Positions 1-17,543 of a stretch of DNA of 64,000 nt are shown in pieces. Position numbers and translations under genes: made by a program. The stretch's first letter is position 1, and each line of letters starts with the position of its first letter. Source of the stretch: Trichoplax adhaerens (Eukaryota > Animalia > Placozoa); contig NW_002060943.1 in assembly GCF_000150275.1 (NCBI RefSeq), positions 11,594,878 to 11,658,877 of the forward strand, read 5' to 3'. The notes beneath the pieces were generated by a model that was not told where the DNA came from, did no database searches, and worked only from the letters and a program-made list of their open reading frames with translations.

Positions 1-2788
<2,788 letters not shown>

Positions 2789-3466
2789 TTTATTCGCTAA
2801 GAGAATAAAAGCAACATTATTATCGTTGATGTTTAAATTTAACTTCCTGATCAATTGCGAGCTATACTAGATTGATATCATTTCATGAAATTATTCGCAT
2901 TAATCAGATAGTACGTGTGATACTACTCTGTATATAAAATGTATCCTGTGATAAACAAGATATTGGAACCGTTTTCAATTTCAGGCTGATAATTTTCTGT
3001 ACAATTGATATACTGCACAGTGCACAGGTGTACATGTAAATACGTTTATTGCAGTGAAAATCAGGACTTACAACTATTTCGGTTGTATAACAGCCAATAA
3101 TATAGCTTGCTATTACTACAAAATATAGAAATTTTAGATACATGAATTTTAATGATAGTTTTCTTCGACTTTTTATTTTCAGTATCGCAACTTCTATTAT
3201 TTACAGTTAATGTAAATTTATTTATAGAGTATATCTACGGTACTGTAGATCTAGAAGTCCATGATAACACGTATTGTATACCCTTAATTATTATTAATAA
3301 AAATTATTTAAAATATCAAGTGTACAGTACTGCATATTTTATTTATTTTATTAAGGGCGATGGACAACGTTCATATTTCAAGGTTGTTACACTACACACT
3401 ACAGTATACTGGACTGACCATATCAGTCAGGGATATTTAGTGAATATTTTAACGGGCACCACCAGA

Positions 3467-4044
3467 TAGTGCTGTAGACGTCGAGCGATTGGACGTCCAA
3501 CGGACGTTCGATTTTGGACGTTCGGTATGTACGTTCGTTGTCAGATCGGACGTCGACGAACTGTACTGTACAGTGTACAGTGTACAGTACAGTGTATACA
3601 GTCAGTTTGTATAATCCCACCCCAATACTATACAGTACAGTACAGTACTGTACATACAGTACAGTAGTACAAACGTCTTTTACAGTACAACACTTTGTAT
3701 TTCAGAGTCACTACTGTACAGTAGTGCAAACTCCCGTCGCTTTACTGACGGTTTACGATAATGTGCTCATTTAACAGAGGTTCAGTAACTTTATACCGTA
3801 CCGTGTAGACCTGTCAGAGGTTCAGTAACTTTATATCGTGTACTGTGTACAGTACTGTACTGTACTGTAATGTACTGTATGCTGTACTGTACAAATGCAC
3901 GGTTACTGTACAGTACAGTGTACACTATATACTGTAGTGTTAACACTGTACACTGTGTACGTTGGTACGTTCAATGAACGTCCGACGTTCAAATTGGACG
4001 TTCGCACGTTCGTTCATTAAAACTGGCGAACGTCCACAGTACTA
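3467..4044. mobile_element. Non-autonomous hAT-like DNA transposon (MITE), 578 bp
   Basis: Imperfect terminal inverted repeats TAGTGCTGTAGACGT (3467) / ACGTCCACAGTACTA (ends 4044); exact 8-bp flanking direct repeat CCACCAGA (3459-3466 and 4045-4052); clustered subterminal GGACGT/ACGTTC motifs at both ends. Confidence 0.8.
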
Positions 4045-4725
4045 CCACCAGATCTAACAGTACTGTACAGTACAGTACATCATGGATATCAGAGACTACT
4101 GAGAGAGAGAGAGAAGGACGGAAAACTGATTACAGTACTGTACTAACAAACGTCTGGTCCGACCATACTTTACAGTACTGTATACTGTACAGTACAGTAC
4201 TGTACTGTACAGATTCCTACAGTACTGTACTGTACAGTACATCAAAAATACAGTTTATTGCACTGTAGTGTGTACTGTTCTGTACTGTACTGTACTTAGT
4301 ATGAAAAGCTGGCATGATCAACATGGGACGAATCATCATTTTTTCGCATGGTCAAAAGCACTTCGACAAAATGTGGATATCATGTTTTATCATGAGTGCG
4401 AAAGTACCATGGTTTCGACGGCTGGGGAATTTCTGTGTAGAGTAGTCCCTGGCTTTAGTTGTTACATACCGAAATTCGAAGCGTACGATGGAATAGTACA
4501 GAACTGTGCGGTACATGTACAGTACAGTATACTGTAGTACTGTATGGCCTGTAAGTACAAGACTTGCAAGGTTTCGCCTTTTGGAGGAAACCGTATCAAC
4601 GAAAACTTACATACTGTACTGTTCTGTACTGTACTGTACAGAACAGTATACAGTTTTGACTAGAGATAATATACAGTACAGTACTGTACTGTACACTGTA
4701 CAGTACAACTGTGCTCTACTGTAAA
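3560..4725. repeat. (TACAG/CTGTA)n degenerate pentamer microsatellite field upstream of MRPS23
   Basis: Dense tacag/ctgta/tactg runs in both orientations. Confidence 0.9.
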
Positions 4726-5057
4726 ACTTAAAATTGTATCTGTAAACCCTACATCTGAGCTCGACATGGTCAACGTTGTCACGTTGCAGGCATACAAGCC
4801 GAATCGGTTATTATAATTTCACTATTTATTTGCTCTAGTCGTTTATTATAAAACAGGCACAGTATACGTACATTGTACTTAGTAACTTCTTCCTGCAAAG
4901 ATTATTGTCCTTACTTTCAGTACAAACTAATCTACTGCGAAGCTCGTCATCAGAAGAAGTGCCCAACTGCTCATACTGATCATAAATAATAATTTTATTT
5001 GTAACACTGGATTAATCATTGATAAGATATACTTCGTTGCTTATACACTACACTATA

Positions 5058-6362
5058 ATGGCATCTCGAAATTTTAAAGTTGGAACTGTCTATACCAGGT
5101 TTGTATTATTTCACGAAATATAGATTAATTGACCTTGATATCCTTTGGTATTTCTGTAGATCATTTAGTAATGATAGCACTAGCTCATGTACCGTCGTAT
5201 GTTGCCATCCTCAAGTATTAAGATTAGTTATTTGAGATTGCTGTATTTTATCAATAATTATTGAGATCTCTCTACTATTAGTATTGATGGTATTATACAA
5301 GTACAGTACGCTGAGCACAGTAGTTGTAACAAATGATGCAGGTATCCTATCGAGAAATTGATATTTTCGATGTCCTTAATTTGAGGCTCATAACTGGTTC
5401 GTATTTTATTAATGGGTATGTTAGAGTATTAGGACTATTAAAATCTGGAGCAATTAAGCAAAAGCCCTTGTGGTTCGATATTGTTGAAACCTTCCCACCT
5501 ATTTTACCGACAATGCATAATCGTGCTCCAGTACCCGGAAGAGCAAGAAAACTACAGTATTGGGAAGATGAAGTCAGAGAGTTAGTATAATCATTATTAA
5601 TATGATTTTAATCTTCGAGGCATACGTGTAGTTTAACTTTCAACTTGAAGCGTTGATCAGAATTAACCTTGATTTAGCTATTGCAATAATCGAAACTTCT
5701 CATTTTAGAAAGTTTTATAAGGAATTTAAGTTCATTGAACCTGTTAACTTATATGAAACTGACAATAAACCAACAATATGTGATAGGTTTGTGCCCCTTT
5801 ACTTGGATTCTACACCAAATATTAATATCAATAACTCTTGCTGTTATTTATATATATACGTATATATGCAGTACAGGATCGCATATGTGAATTATAGTTA
5901 TTGTAACAATTTGGTTACAAGTAACTCAAAAGCTAGATATATATTTCACCTCATCACTTTTTCTATTCTTGGCTCTTGCAGATTTATTATGCACTACGAA
6001 CAATTCAGTCAAGAAGAAACAGATGGTGATGTTGCATTTGCAAAATCAAAGGAGGCATTGGAACAAGAAGGAGTAACTTTTAGTCGAATTAAGGTCGTAA
6101 AATTTGAAAACAGATTTAACAGTCAATAATTATGCAGTATAGATTAGATTAACTTACGGTTGCTATTGTGTTATACTGATAGAATTTTAAGGCAATGAGA
6201 AGTTAGCTACCTGATATCAATTGACAGACACAAGTCTACATTTTTGACACGTCTTTAAACTTTGAAAAATTATAGGAAAAGGAAGAGAAAGAAGCAGTTC
6301 CTGTTAAAGAAAATACAGCTAGTGAAGACAATGCTTCAATAGAAAATATCTTTCAATTGTAG
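5058..6362 (+). CDS. MRPS23: Mitochondrial ribosomal protein S23 (mS23); exons 5058-5098, 5425-5580, 5709-5786, 5982-6093, 6276-6362
   Basis: Spliced product MASRNFKVGTVYTRVLGLLKSGAIKQKPLWFDIVETFPP...LQYWEDEVREKFY matches the mS23 N-terminal pattern; splice phases are consistent. Confidence 0.85.
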
Positions 6363-6619
6363 CTGTGTTGCGGTATTGCTGTGTTACGCATTCATATTGT
6401 TGCTCATCATAGAAATTTTGTAAATAAATATTAAGCCGTTTGAGGTTATTAAATATCAATCGCATTTAAATTTAATTCGCGTATTAATACTGAACGCATC
6501 GCTTTACTTACTGAGATAATTGTACTGGACAATTTCTGTAAAATATCTTATCAATACTTAAAGGTTTATATTGGCTTCTAGCGTAACTGATTTCTTCGAA
6601 GTGGTATATAGGGTATAGT

Positions 6620-9600
6620 CAAGATCCGGTATTTAGTATTTCTAGTTCACGCGTATTTGTTACTTTACAAACCGAATAATGATCCACCTTTGTAATATAT
6701 CCACACAATATTAATCCGACATCAAAATATTTCTGTGAATGCCTTTAAATTGATATGTACCTCAGATGATAGTAAATCGTAAGAGATTTTATCTAGGAAT
6801 TCATCAAAGCAAAGCGTTAATAAGCTATGAAATCACTAGTTTAAAATTATCAGATGATCACTAATTATTACTCATAAACATGATAACAGCGTCAACAAAC
6901 CGCCTTCAATGACTTCATCCACATATTTTCCATCATCCGACACTGGAGAATTTTCAATAGGAGAACACCTACATAATCATGTTGATTAATTGTTATTTAT
7001 GCTATAAGATTACTACTGTACTTTTTACCACTTTTGAAAAAAATTGTTAGGCAAAGCGAAATACGTATGCAATAGTTGAGATAGTTGAGAAGTAAGAAAT
7101 TAATCCCATGCATGCCGAGAAAACAAGGCATGCATTGTAGGTATAGAGTCCTATGATTAAAGGTTTGTTATCATTAACTAATCAGGGGAATCAGAATGCA
7201 GGTTTTTCTTACGGAGTATTTTCTGCGTTTCTTCGAAACTTCTTCATTAATGCTTGATAAACAGTTTTATTACACGGCGGTTCTTCAGCTAACACAATAG
7301 GCAGCGGATTTTCAACTTGGCACTTGAATAAGGATACTATAAATTCATTATAAAGATATATGCCGAGTTATAACAGTATAATTGATGCCTACGTGTAACA
7401 CATACCGATACTATGAATACTGAACTATTCTTCACTATTAAATTTAGTCTATCAATTCAAGAAATACAAAGGGAGACCTTCTATATTTTGGATTTAGTGA
7501 TTATTTCATGTACTTTCCTTTTACCTACCTTCTCTGGATAGATCAGTAGCATATGAATGTTTACCGACCATACTGATATGTGCGCTGTTATGTACTTGAT
7601 CTTCGATACTGCGTATTTCTTCTACTACAGGATTATTTAAATTGTACTTTGCGAGTTTGCGTAAGCCGAAGTCTACACTTTGACTTAAGAAATATGACAA
7701 ATCTGATAAGTATCACAAGTCATGCGAACTTTCCCATAAAAATTGTTATTTGTAATCTACAATTTTTTGAAACGGAAATTATCGAAATGTGAATTTTACG
7801 TAATGGTAATGGTAAAAATAAAATCATTTTTCTATCACTGAACCACTTCGTTTAAGGATTAACAGAAACTTAATCCATAGCTTCATACATCTGATGTAAG
7901 TTAGTAAAGCATGATCCGTGATCCTCCTGTTCGATGTGATATTTTTGAAATTCAAGACCTATATCCGTAAATTGACAAATTTAAGTGTTATTTGAAACTT
8001 TTAAAAAGATTTTAGTATATTTGCTTATATGATGTACTTTGACACGTTACAACATTTTTATAATTCTCAGATTTGCCATAAGGTGAAACCTAGTCATTTA
8101 TACAAGTTTCTATATAGCGATTTTAAAATTTAATGGTTACCTCTTGTGCCTGGTTTTGTTCCCTAATTATCGTAATATTCAAATATAATGATTTATCAGC
8201 CAACATCAAGATTTTCAGTAAAATGATTAAAGTAGTACCTTTAATATCAAGGATTTCCTTCGATTAGCCACCGAAGGCATATATTTACTGCAAAGGGTCG
8301 CTTTGCGATTATGATCTTGGGATTTTATTCGCTTGCCTAAAATAAATGACACTATGAAAGGTTAAAAGTAAACTACTATGTGAAATAAAATTTTCATTTT
8401 CTTAGTAAAAAACTTAAGCTGTAGTCAGGGTGTTCCGTTCTATAGATAAGATATACCATGATTTAACAATGTTGTCCCCTTGCAGTTCACGGTTTGAGAT
8501 ATTGCTTTTTGCTGTTAAAATATTCACATCCCAGTATTAGAAAATATTTTACTTTTAAATTTATTATAGTGCACATTTAAACCAATCCACACAAGTATTG
8601 TGAATCTGCTAGAGTATTTAAACTAACGGTTTACATAAAATATTATATGTAAATATGATTATATTATTATCTTTCGAACAGTTGTACGGACCTTTGATTC
8701 GGAAGAGTTGTTTGATAGTATTTTCTCTAAAGCAGCAGATAAAACAAAAATAAACCATCTACTGTAAGCCTAATCCTAGGTCTATTATAATTATTTAGAG
8801 CCTTACTTTATTACTAGATTTAAAAATTTAATTCAGCTCTTAAATTAACTGTATACATTATTGGTTTTCTTTAATAATGCCGGCTATATCCAACTAAATT
8901 ACTGATTGACTACGATAATTTTTCAGTGAATAGTTCTTCCATATTTTTGCGCAAAATTGAATAAATACTAAGCGACGAATTTGTAGATATAAACTCTTGG
9001 TTATTATCTGATGACTTACCCAACTGATTGGAAGACATTGCCAGCAAGGTCTATAATTTAATTCAATGAAGCCTGAGAATAAGTGTTGCAATGAATGATT
9101 TGCCATTTCTGAAATTTACAAGGATATTACCTCTTCCGTCTGAAAATTTTTTCCATTACAATTAGGTTGACTCATTTGAAAAGCATGTGCCAACTTCATT
9201 CTTTTATGGATATCTAAACCAACTAGAAAATTATGAAAGGAGATTAATAATATTACCAAAGTGATATATATATAAAAAAATAATACACCTCAATATTATT
9301 GACTACACTGGCAATTAAGCTTAAAATACATTTACAGTAATTAAGCGACGTAAAACTTCAATGTAAATTTATCTATCTACAAATTAAAGTATCCTCCATT
9401 ATATGTCATTAAAAATATTAAAGGCGTCTTAAATAGTATAAATTTTACCATAAGTTAGGTTAATTAAATCCAAATATATTTCAGATATATTATCGTTGTT
9501 TGGTAGGATGATGTCTCTTTGATGTATCACTTCCGTAACTAAGAACTTTGTACTGCGGTAACAAGTATTATAGATGAGTAGTCAATGAGCAAAATTATGC

Positions 9601-12600
9601 CAGAGATGACTGATTTAAGTCTATTTTCCTTATAAAAGTACTTGGAAAAGTAGTAGAAGTTATATAATGCGATGAACGTCAAACATTGTCGACGTACGAA
9701 AATTCTCGGCAATATAAAATTTCAGAGTTACTTCCAATAACCAGTAAAGTAGTGCTAGGTACTATTCCGTTTCTGTTTAATCGCTGTAACGTTTTGGCAT
9801 TAAGTACCGTGATACTTAGTGTCAAACAGGATCTTTCTTTGTGGGAGTCGATTTTCTGTTGAAGGTTGAAATTAATTGTTAGGTTATCATATTTGCATCC
9901 AATGTTTCTTGTATTATTTTGATACAAGTTAAATCCTCTGCAGAGATTTTTTAATATCTTATATTAAAAATACCTGTTTGACGTCTATTGCGAATCTAGG
10001 AAAAGTAGCTGCAGCATCACAAATCTATGGATATATTAATATATTCACATCTGTAACAATTTTTAGTACCGGTATTTTGAATTGACTTCTACTATTTAGA
10101 TCACAATTCAATCATATCAAATTAATAATAATAATAAATGAAGCCAATAGTTCGAAGCACTATCTTTCATTTTTTATTACAGTAAACAAAATTACCTGAT
10201 TTCCGAAAGGCGGACGTCTGCTTAATAACTGTATAGAAATCGCAAAATGTAAAATTCTTAGGGCTCTGATTTAATTAATACGTTATCATAAAGGTACATC
10301 AGTATCTTACAGCCTCAATTTTACTTGGATTTGCACTTGCAATTAAATCGAGTTTTATTAATCCTGCTTTGACTAGAGCTGCGGCATATTTGTTGCCTAG
10401 TATTTTAAGAAAGGTAGCTTAATATTGAATCTACTTTAGATTAGATTGAAACATTTACGTTTTTTGAATCGATATTTTTTACATGATTTTGCATATACCG
10501 ATGTACTTAATTTGTTTTGATACGAAATGAGAATTTTCCCATAATCTATAAAAGAGATACTTCATATTAAGTCTCTATAGTACGAATACATAGAATGTAA
10601 AACTAGATAAAATATTTAAAAATTACTCGGCTCTGAAGCATTTAAGAAGGATAGCAGTGCAAATTAAGGCATAATAATTATTTTTCCTTAAAGAAATTTG
10701 ATAGAGCCCTGTATGAATATTAAGCATTGAAAGCCACGTTAGCAATACAAAAAACTTCCATGAAATATATTGTTCGTTGTGTTTAGGCATTTATGGAGCT
10801 TACTAGATTGTACCCACCTTTAGCTAGCCTACGACCAGTCTGAAGTATGGTCTTTAATAAGATGCATAATATGAAATTCAATAGTAGATAAATACGTGCG
10901 CTTAATTTTAATTTAGAGTAGCAAATTAACATGCAATCTGTTTACCGCGGTTTCAGCAGCCAAATAATTTGGAATGGCAATGCTATCAAAAGTTGCTTGA
11001 ATAAGACTGTTCGGTACAGAAATTGCAGGATATACCAAATGATAGTTTTCAACAGGATAATATGGATATTCGTTAATATATTAAGATTTGTAAAAAATAG
11101 GATATTTGGATTTTCCATCTTCAAATAAGTAGTATGGTCGAGCAGATATTGCATTAAATTAATTAAAATCTTAGTAAAGACCTATTAATTTTCATGAATT
11201 TATCCTTGATTTTCCCTTTCATAGGAAACCTTTAAAAAATTTAACACACTTATTAAATAACTGCGATATACGCGTATTATGAATAAATCTTAATATAAGA
11301 ATTGTAGCTAGATCTGCGTTTGCATTTTTCATCGTAATCATTGGAATCATTATCTAAACCAATACAGCTATTACCGAATAGACTGGGGACCTTTACTTTG
11401 ATTTAAATTATTTAAATCTTTCTTTTCGCCTTTTCTTAGCTGTATTTCACCGAACTCTGGACACTTCGAAATTGTCATGATCTAAAATAGATCCAATCTT
11501 GTTTAATTCCTCTCAGTATGTTAATTAAAACTTAAGCCCTATGTCTAAAATCTTACCATTACAGCCATAGTATTCTCATTGGACGCTTTCATCAAAATTT
11601 TCATAGTCTCTAAAGAGAGTGAGTTTTTAGCCATAATTTTTCCTTCATCTAATTATGAAATATCATATTTATAACTAATCAATCTGAGCCTATCTAGAAC
11701 ATGGGTAAAATTTTAAAGGCAAGTGCTTCGTACTGCAAATATTTTGCTAAAACAATCGCTAGATTAAATAGTAACGACCAGTTACCTAAGCATCGGTGAC
11801 AATTACAGTACTACCTGCTGGAATTATATATAGGTTATCTATTATATTGATCATAGAGGCCTCCAACAGTACTGAAAGACTGTTTTGACAAAGCTCTGCA
11901 AAGAATTTTAAAATCTAATCAGTTGCTGATTTAAAAATCAATATAAAATTTGCATTCAAATATTTTAATTTCCTTGAAATTGCAAAAGTTACATTCTTTT
12001 TGTATAGATGATGATAAAAAGACTCACTCAGCAAGTCATTCTCAATTCCCTCTTTAGTAGTGAGATTTCTGGAAGCTAAAAAAATTTTAGTACCAGGAAT
12101 TTCTTAGTAAAATTTCATGGACTAATTCCTTACAATAGTATGAAGGATTTTTTCTCATTCTGATATATAGATAAGTTGACTTCAGCCACTTCATGACTAG
12201 AGAAATATTATTGATAGCTCCGGATGCGATTTGTGCATTCATATGTTCATTTAGGTTACGATGTAAGCTGTTTAGAAACCTCATCGTTAAAAGATCTTAC
12301 GGAATTTCCCTACTTGTTGTGATTGCTATCATTCCATTCGAAACTGTAGTTAATAGGAAAAATGTTTCTTACTTGCTTTCAATCATTTGGGTTCCTAAAA
12401 TAAGAGTCTCATATTTGTCCTGGAAATACAAATCATTCAGTGATGAGTGCAAGGCAGTTCATATTGAGCATATAATCAACTTGGTGAATGAGTAAATAAG
12501 AAAGATTTTTATATAAAGCCTGATAGTGATAATATATCTTCATCTTTGACAACCTTTAGGACTGGCTTCGTCATTATTACGGCAATCGCTTTGGTATCGA

Positions 12601-15600
12601 ACTTGAAATTGTAACACACCTTCCCTTAAACATTTATAGTTGTTTAATCTTATAATATAAATCTCTACAGTACCTGTGGCCTACCCGCTCTTCCAATCAT
12701 TTGTATTATCTGTGCTTCTGAGTACTCTGCACCGTCGTATCGATTAGTTGACATAATTATCACCAAGTGAGCAGGAAGGTTTACCTTGGCAAGAAATTCA
12801 TGAGATATCTTGATTAACAATTAAACCTGACAACAATAATGCATAGTGAGCCTATTATTAAAATTATTTCTAATATATGAAGTAAGTAAATGTTTAGATA
12901 ATTATTAGTATCCATTAATTGAATAACATGAATAGATTTTATTTAGGTATATTGCAATTGAAAAGACAGTTTTATGACTTACTCCCATCGATAATGTGCT
13001 TGTACAAACTTGAAATCGGCAAAATATTATAGTGATGAATATGATAATGTTCGTAAATTTACCGTAAATATCATTGATAGAATTTCATTAGTATTGAATA
13101 GTATTAGTAAGCTAAACGAGCGGTACGATAAGTTAAGGAGGGAATGAGAGGAGATTATATGCATTAGCAGTAATTATGCAATTCTAAAGTGTATTATAGC
13201 TCTGATAGATGGATTGAAGTATTAACTAATATTAACCTACTTTAAAATATCTGATGCAATAGATAGCAATCATACAAACTGAAGACTATTTGATTGACAC
13301 ATAGGCTTGTATTGCTAATGTACGGTATAGGTCACCTATATTTAATATAGCATAACGTATTTATGGTATTTATCAGTAATTAAATAAACATACATAAGAC
13401 AGGAAGAACGCTAGAGGAAAACAGTGACTCAAGTATCTTTCTTTCCTGAGAGTCTAGCCCAGCATGGTGATAACCTACTCCTCTACGCAAGCAGTCTTAA
13501 TTTATTGCAATTGAGTAAAATAAATACAGATATCGGTTACTTAAAAATTTAAAACATTAATTTCTACGTGCAATATACTAATACTTGAAGGAGTTTAATC
13601 GAATTACGTTATTATTTGATAATTTTTAAATCGAATATTCTAGAATACCCTGTAGTTTTTTATTTTTTATATTTTGACTTTCCTTGTACAACCTAAATTA
13701 ATGTTTTAATTATAACAAAACGTTATAAAGCACTGAAATGTCGTTACTAGAATGCATCTGCTAACGTATGTAATAAACCTTTTTAGTGATTCTTGATCAG
13801 TTGTAAATTTTGCATCCTTCATCAGAGTGCGTGCAGCATTTTCAGTTGTTATTCGGGAATTACAAAACTGGTATAAATAAATATATAAAAATTGATGAGT
13901 ATTTTTAATTAAAGTTATGAATGATATATCATAGTTATTATAGAATAAGTACGGCATTTACAAATTAATAATAACTAACGATAAGAGTTGGTTTTGAGTC
14001 AGCGTAGTTTAATAGTACTTCAGCTATTTGATAAGATAGGAGAACATTATACTGGTATGTAGTCCTACTTTCAGGTTCGTAAGCTAGTACTACTTTCTTC
14101 AATTGTACAGGTCGGTAGCTGTCATCAATTCTATTTAAAGGTAATATTATGGCTTTGATATTAAGATAACACAAATTAACACCGATGAATCTTACATACC
14201 TGAAGTAAGAAGAATTGCAATTTGGTAATTCTAACCATTCAGCCACCTGTACATTAATGGCAACGCTTAATTCAATTTTATAAAATGATCGATACAACGC
14301 TGTATATGGAAATAAGAGCAGATCGTTCGATATCTAGACAAACGATAATTTCTGCTTCATACATAACAAGAAACTATACAGGTACTTGTAGGGCATTATT
14401 TGTTTATCTTAAAAATTAAATAATAACAGAAACGCTACTACTAACGGGTGTTTAGATTAAGATAAAAATGAAATTAGATTTATTCAAAAACTGTACTTGT
14501 AAATTTATTACAAGCTAATGTGTAATATAATTAACTTCGGAATTTCTACATACGTCTTGTGCGTTAGGAATGGTTGCAGAGATTGCTAGGAAGCGAAGCT
14601 TTTCTTCAGCAGCAAATCCTCTGTCGTTCGCTGAGATGTGATATGCTTTTATACGACTTATCACTGCTTCTAGAGTTGCTCCGCGTGTGTTATCGTTGAG
14701 AATATGGATCTTTTAATTTATAACGTAGCAAAATTAATTTATTAATTTCCCTCACACTGTGAAAGAGTAAGGGTTACTTATTCAGAAGTTTTTATGTTGC
14801 ATTAATGTATGATCGATTAAAACTAGTGTTATAATTGGCTGAAAGCAAATTTTATGATTTTATAGCAATGGCTTGATAAAGGAAACCTCATCAATTAGTA
14901 TAAGGCTTGCTCTTTCTATGATTGCACGATTTTGCGTTCTTGTTAACATATCTAATTTTTCCTGCAATTTACAAGTTAATTTATGTTTTAAGGGAAAAAA
15001 CGAGTTACTTAATTAATAAATAAAGAAGTCAATATCGTGGTATTATGTCAATTTTAATATGCTAGCTAGCACATGCTATACATACTGGGGTAGTTAAGAT
15101 AATACTGGCTTTCTTCAGACGGTAATAATCCTCTACGCTAGTATCACTTGTCATCCCTACGCAGTTCAACTTGTGTGGAGAGAATTTCTTTGACCAGTCA
15201 AGGTAACGCTCACTACATAATGCTTTTAGCGGTGCAACTGTCGATATTGAAGATCGATATCAAATAGTAGAAGTTTAATAATCATTGTAATTTCTATGGC
15301 AATATTATTTTCTAACATCAGATATTTATCCAAAATATTATTATGCTTACTGTAAATGATTTTTGCTGTTGGTTTATCAACTTTCATACTAGCCATTAGT
15401 CGGACTATCGCTAACTCTAAAATCACTGTTTTACCTGAACCAGTGGGAGCACTTACTATAACTGATTTATCGGAATATAATACCTTAGAATAAATGAGTT
15501 AAAAGGCCAGTTAAAGAAAGTATATTATAGTCAAGAAATACTTGTTTGAACTTCAAACTTACGTCATTCATAACCTCTGATTGGACATGATTAAAATCCG

Positions 15601-16185
15601 AAAAAGGAAATAAGGATCGAAATTTTATCGCTATAAAATATAACATAGGCGAAACATAAAGGAAATCACTTTGTTAAGCAAGGGTAATTTTCAACAGTAC
15701 GAGTATACTATGCCATACGCAATAGTAGCATTGGCTGGAATACAATCTTATAGGCTCAAATGATATCAATTTTTTTATTATTTTAATAACTGCACTGATC
15801 TTAGATAATCGAAAATTGCTCATAAAAAATCTTGTAAGTGTTGAGCGTAGAAAATCAATTAATATCTTTTATGAAGAATCTCTTCTACTAGTCGATTAAG
15901 TACGACTACTATAATAATATAATATATACGCATAATCATAAATTTCTCTACTTATGATCTTCTGCGTACGTAGTTCATCCGTTGAACGTAAGGCACATGG
16001 ATTACTATTTTGAGCTTGAAAAAGTAAATAATTCAACTTGGTATTAGTGTCTATCCAATATCAGTTGTAGATACATTTATAGCACTACAATTTTCGATTA
16101 TTAAGGTTTCGGTTAGAATGTCGTAAGACGGTTAAAGAAAAGATCTACCTTTACGTATTCCTGAAGAGATTTGAGTGATGCTCAT
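6620..16185 (-). CDS. HFM1: Meiotic Ski2-like DExH DNA helicase HFM1/MER3, many short exons; both ends approximate
   Basis: Motif I VSAPTGSGKT (~15450), motif II LILIDE|IHIL..RGATLEAVISR, FLAISATIPN, YHHAGL, CTSTLSMG|VNLPAHLVI, QMIGRAGRPQ|FDTKAIAVI, WLKSTYLYIRMRKNPSYY, Sec63-like region; IDDSYRPVQLKKVV is typical of MER3. Confidence 0.88.
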
Positions 16186-16210
16186 GATGACCTATTCCGT
16201 AGATTTTCAT

Positions 16211-17287
16211 CAATGTGAAGATCAAAAACAAAATCACTTCAATTACTGTTATTCCATTTCAATAATGTGCTTGCTCGATTTTAAATTAATATCATAGAAT
16301 AATTTTAGTTGAAATCACTAATAGAAGCTGTCTTACACTTGGCTCTCTATCTTACAAAGTATTCACAAAATATTCCACCTTAAAGGCGATCATGAAATTA
16401 ATGTCTTCTTTCAATGGGGAAAAAAGTGAAAATTCACAATCTCTTTGGAGGAAAAAGTGAAAATTCACAATCTCTTTCTATCATAGAGTTGACTCTACAT
16501 TTGCGCTAAAACAATAAGGCACTTCAACCTTGAACAGGCGTGTGCTGTTTGCAACGTCCAAATTAGGGGTGAGTTATCGCATTGTTGATAAGCAATGTGA
16601 AGATCAAAAATAAAATCACTTCAATTACTATTATTCCATTCCAATAATGTGCTTGCTCGATTTCAAATTAATATCATAGAATAATTTTAGTTGAAATCAC
16701 TAATAGAAGCTGTCTTACACTTGGCTCTCTATCTTACAAAGTATTCACAAAATATTCCACCTTAAAGGCGATCATGAAATTAATGTCTTCTTGCAATGAG
16801 GAAAAAAGTGAAAATTCACAATCTCTTTCTATCATAGAGTTGACTCTACATTTGCGCTAAGACAATAAGGCACTTCAACCTTGAACAGGCGTATGCTGTT
16901 TGCAACGTCCAAATTAGGGGGTGAGTTATCGCATTGTTGATAAGCAATGTGAAGATCACTTCAATTACTGTTATTCCATTCCAATAATGCGCTGCTCGAT
17001 TTCAAATTAATATCATAGAATAATTTTAGTTGAAATCACTGATAGAAACTGTCTTACACTTGGCTCTCTATCTTACAAAGTATTCACAAAATATTCCACC
17101 TTAAAGGCGATCATGAAATTAATGTCTTCTTGCAATGGGGAAAAAAGTGAAAATTCACAATCTCTTTCTATCATAAATAGAGTTGACTCTACATTTGCGC
17201 TAAAACAATAAGGCACTTCAACCTTGAACAGGCGTGTGCTGTTTGCAACGTCCAAATTAGGGATGAGTTATCGCATTGTTGATAAGC
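16211..17287. repeat. Three near-identical tandem units of ~345-380 bp (start ~16211, 16593, 16945)
   Basis: Each unit starts caatgtgaagatca and ends gagttatcgcattgttgataag; small indels between copies; unit 1 has an internal ~28-bp duplication (gaaaaaagtgaaaattcacaatctcttt). Confidence 0.95.
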
Positions 17288-17543
17288 TTTGGATGTAGCG
17301 CTGTGAAAGTTGTCGTATCGTTGACGCACGTAATGAATTGGGTTGCTCAGCCAATGAGATTGTGGATATACATAATATAGTATGTATTCTGTGAACGATG
17401 TAGCGTTAGCGTGACGCGTCTGATATCGATCGGCCTATGCGTATTATCAACACTAGCATAGGTTGAATGTTTCATTGGAATGAGACAACATGCAACTTGT
17501 ACGCGTACATCGAAGCGACAATCCGATAACGATAACTCATCCC
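17260..17543. mobile_element. Possible degenerate MITE bounded by a 14-bp inverted repeat
   Basis: GGGATGAGTTATCG (17260-17273) / CGATAACTCATCCC (17530-17543); the left end reads TAGGGATG like hAT termini; no TSD found. Confidence 0.45.

Noticed and set aside
3423-4724. ORFs rich in YCTV/STVL/VQYS (also 43216-43482, 55238-55840, 63515-63907)
   Set aside because: Translation artefacts of the TACAG pentamer arrays
16211-17287. Repeat array considered as CRISPR or as a coding repeat (ORF 17073-17255)
   Set aside because: Eukaryotic tandem duplication without spacers; indels break the frame between copies
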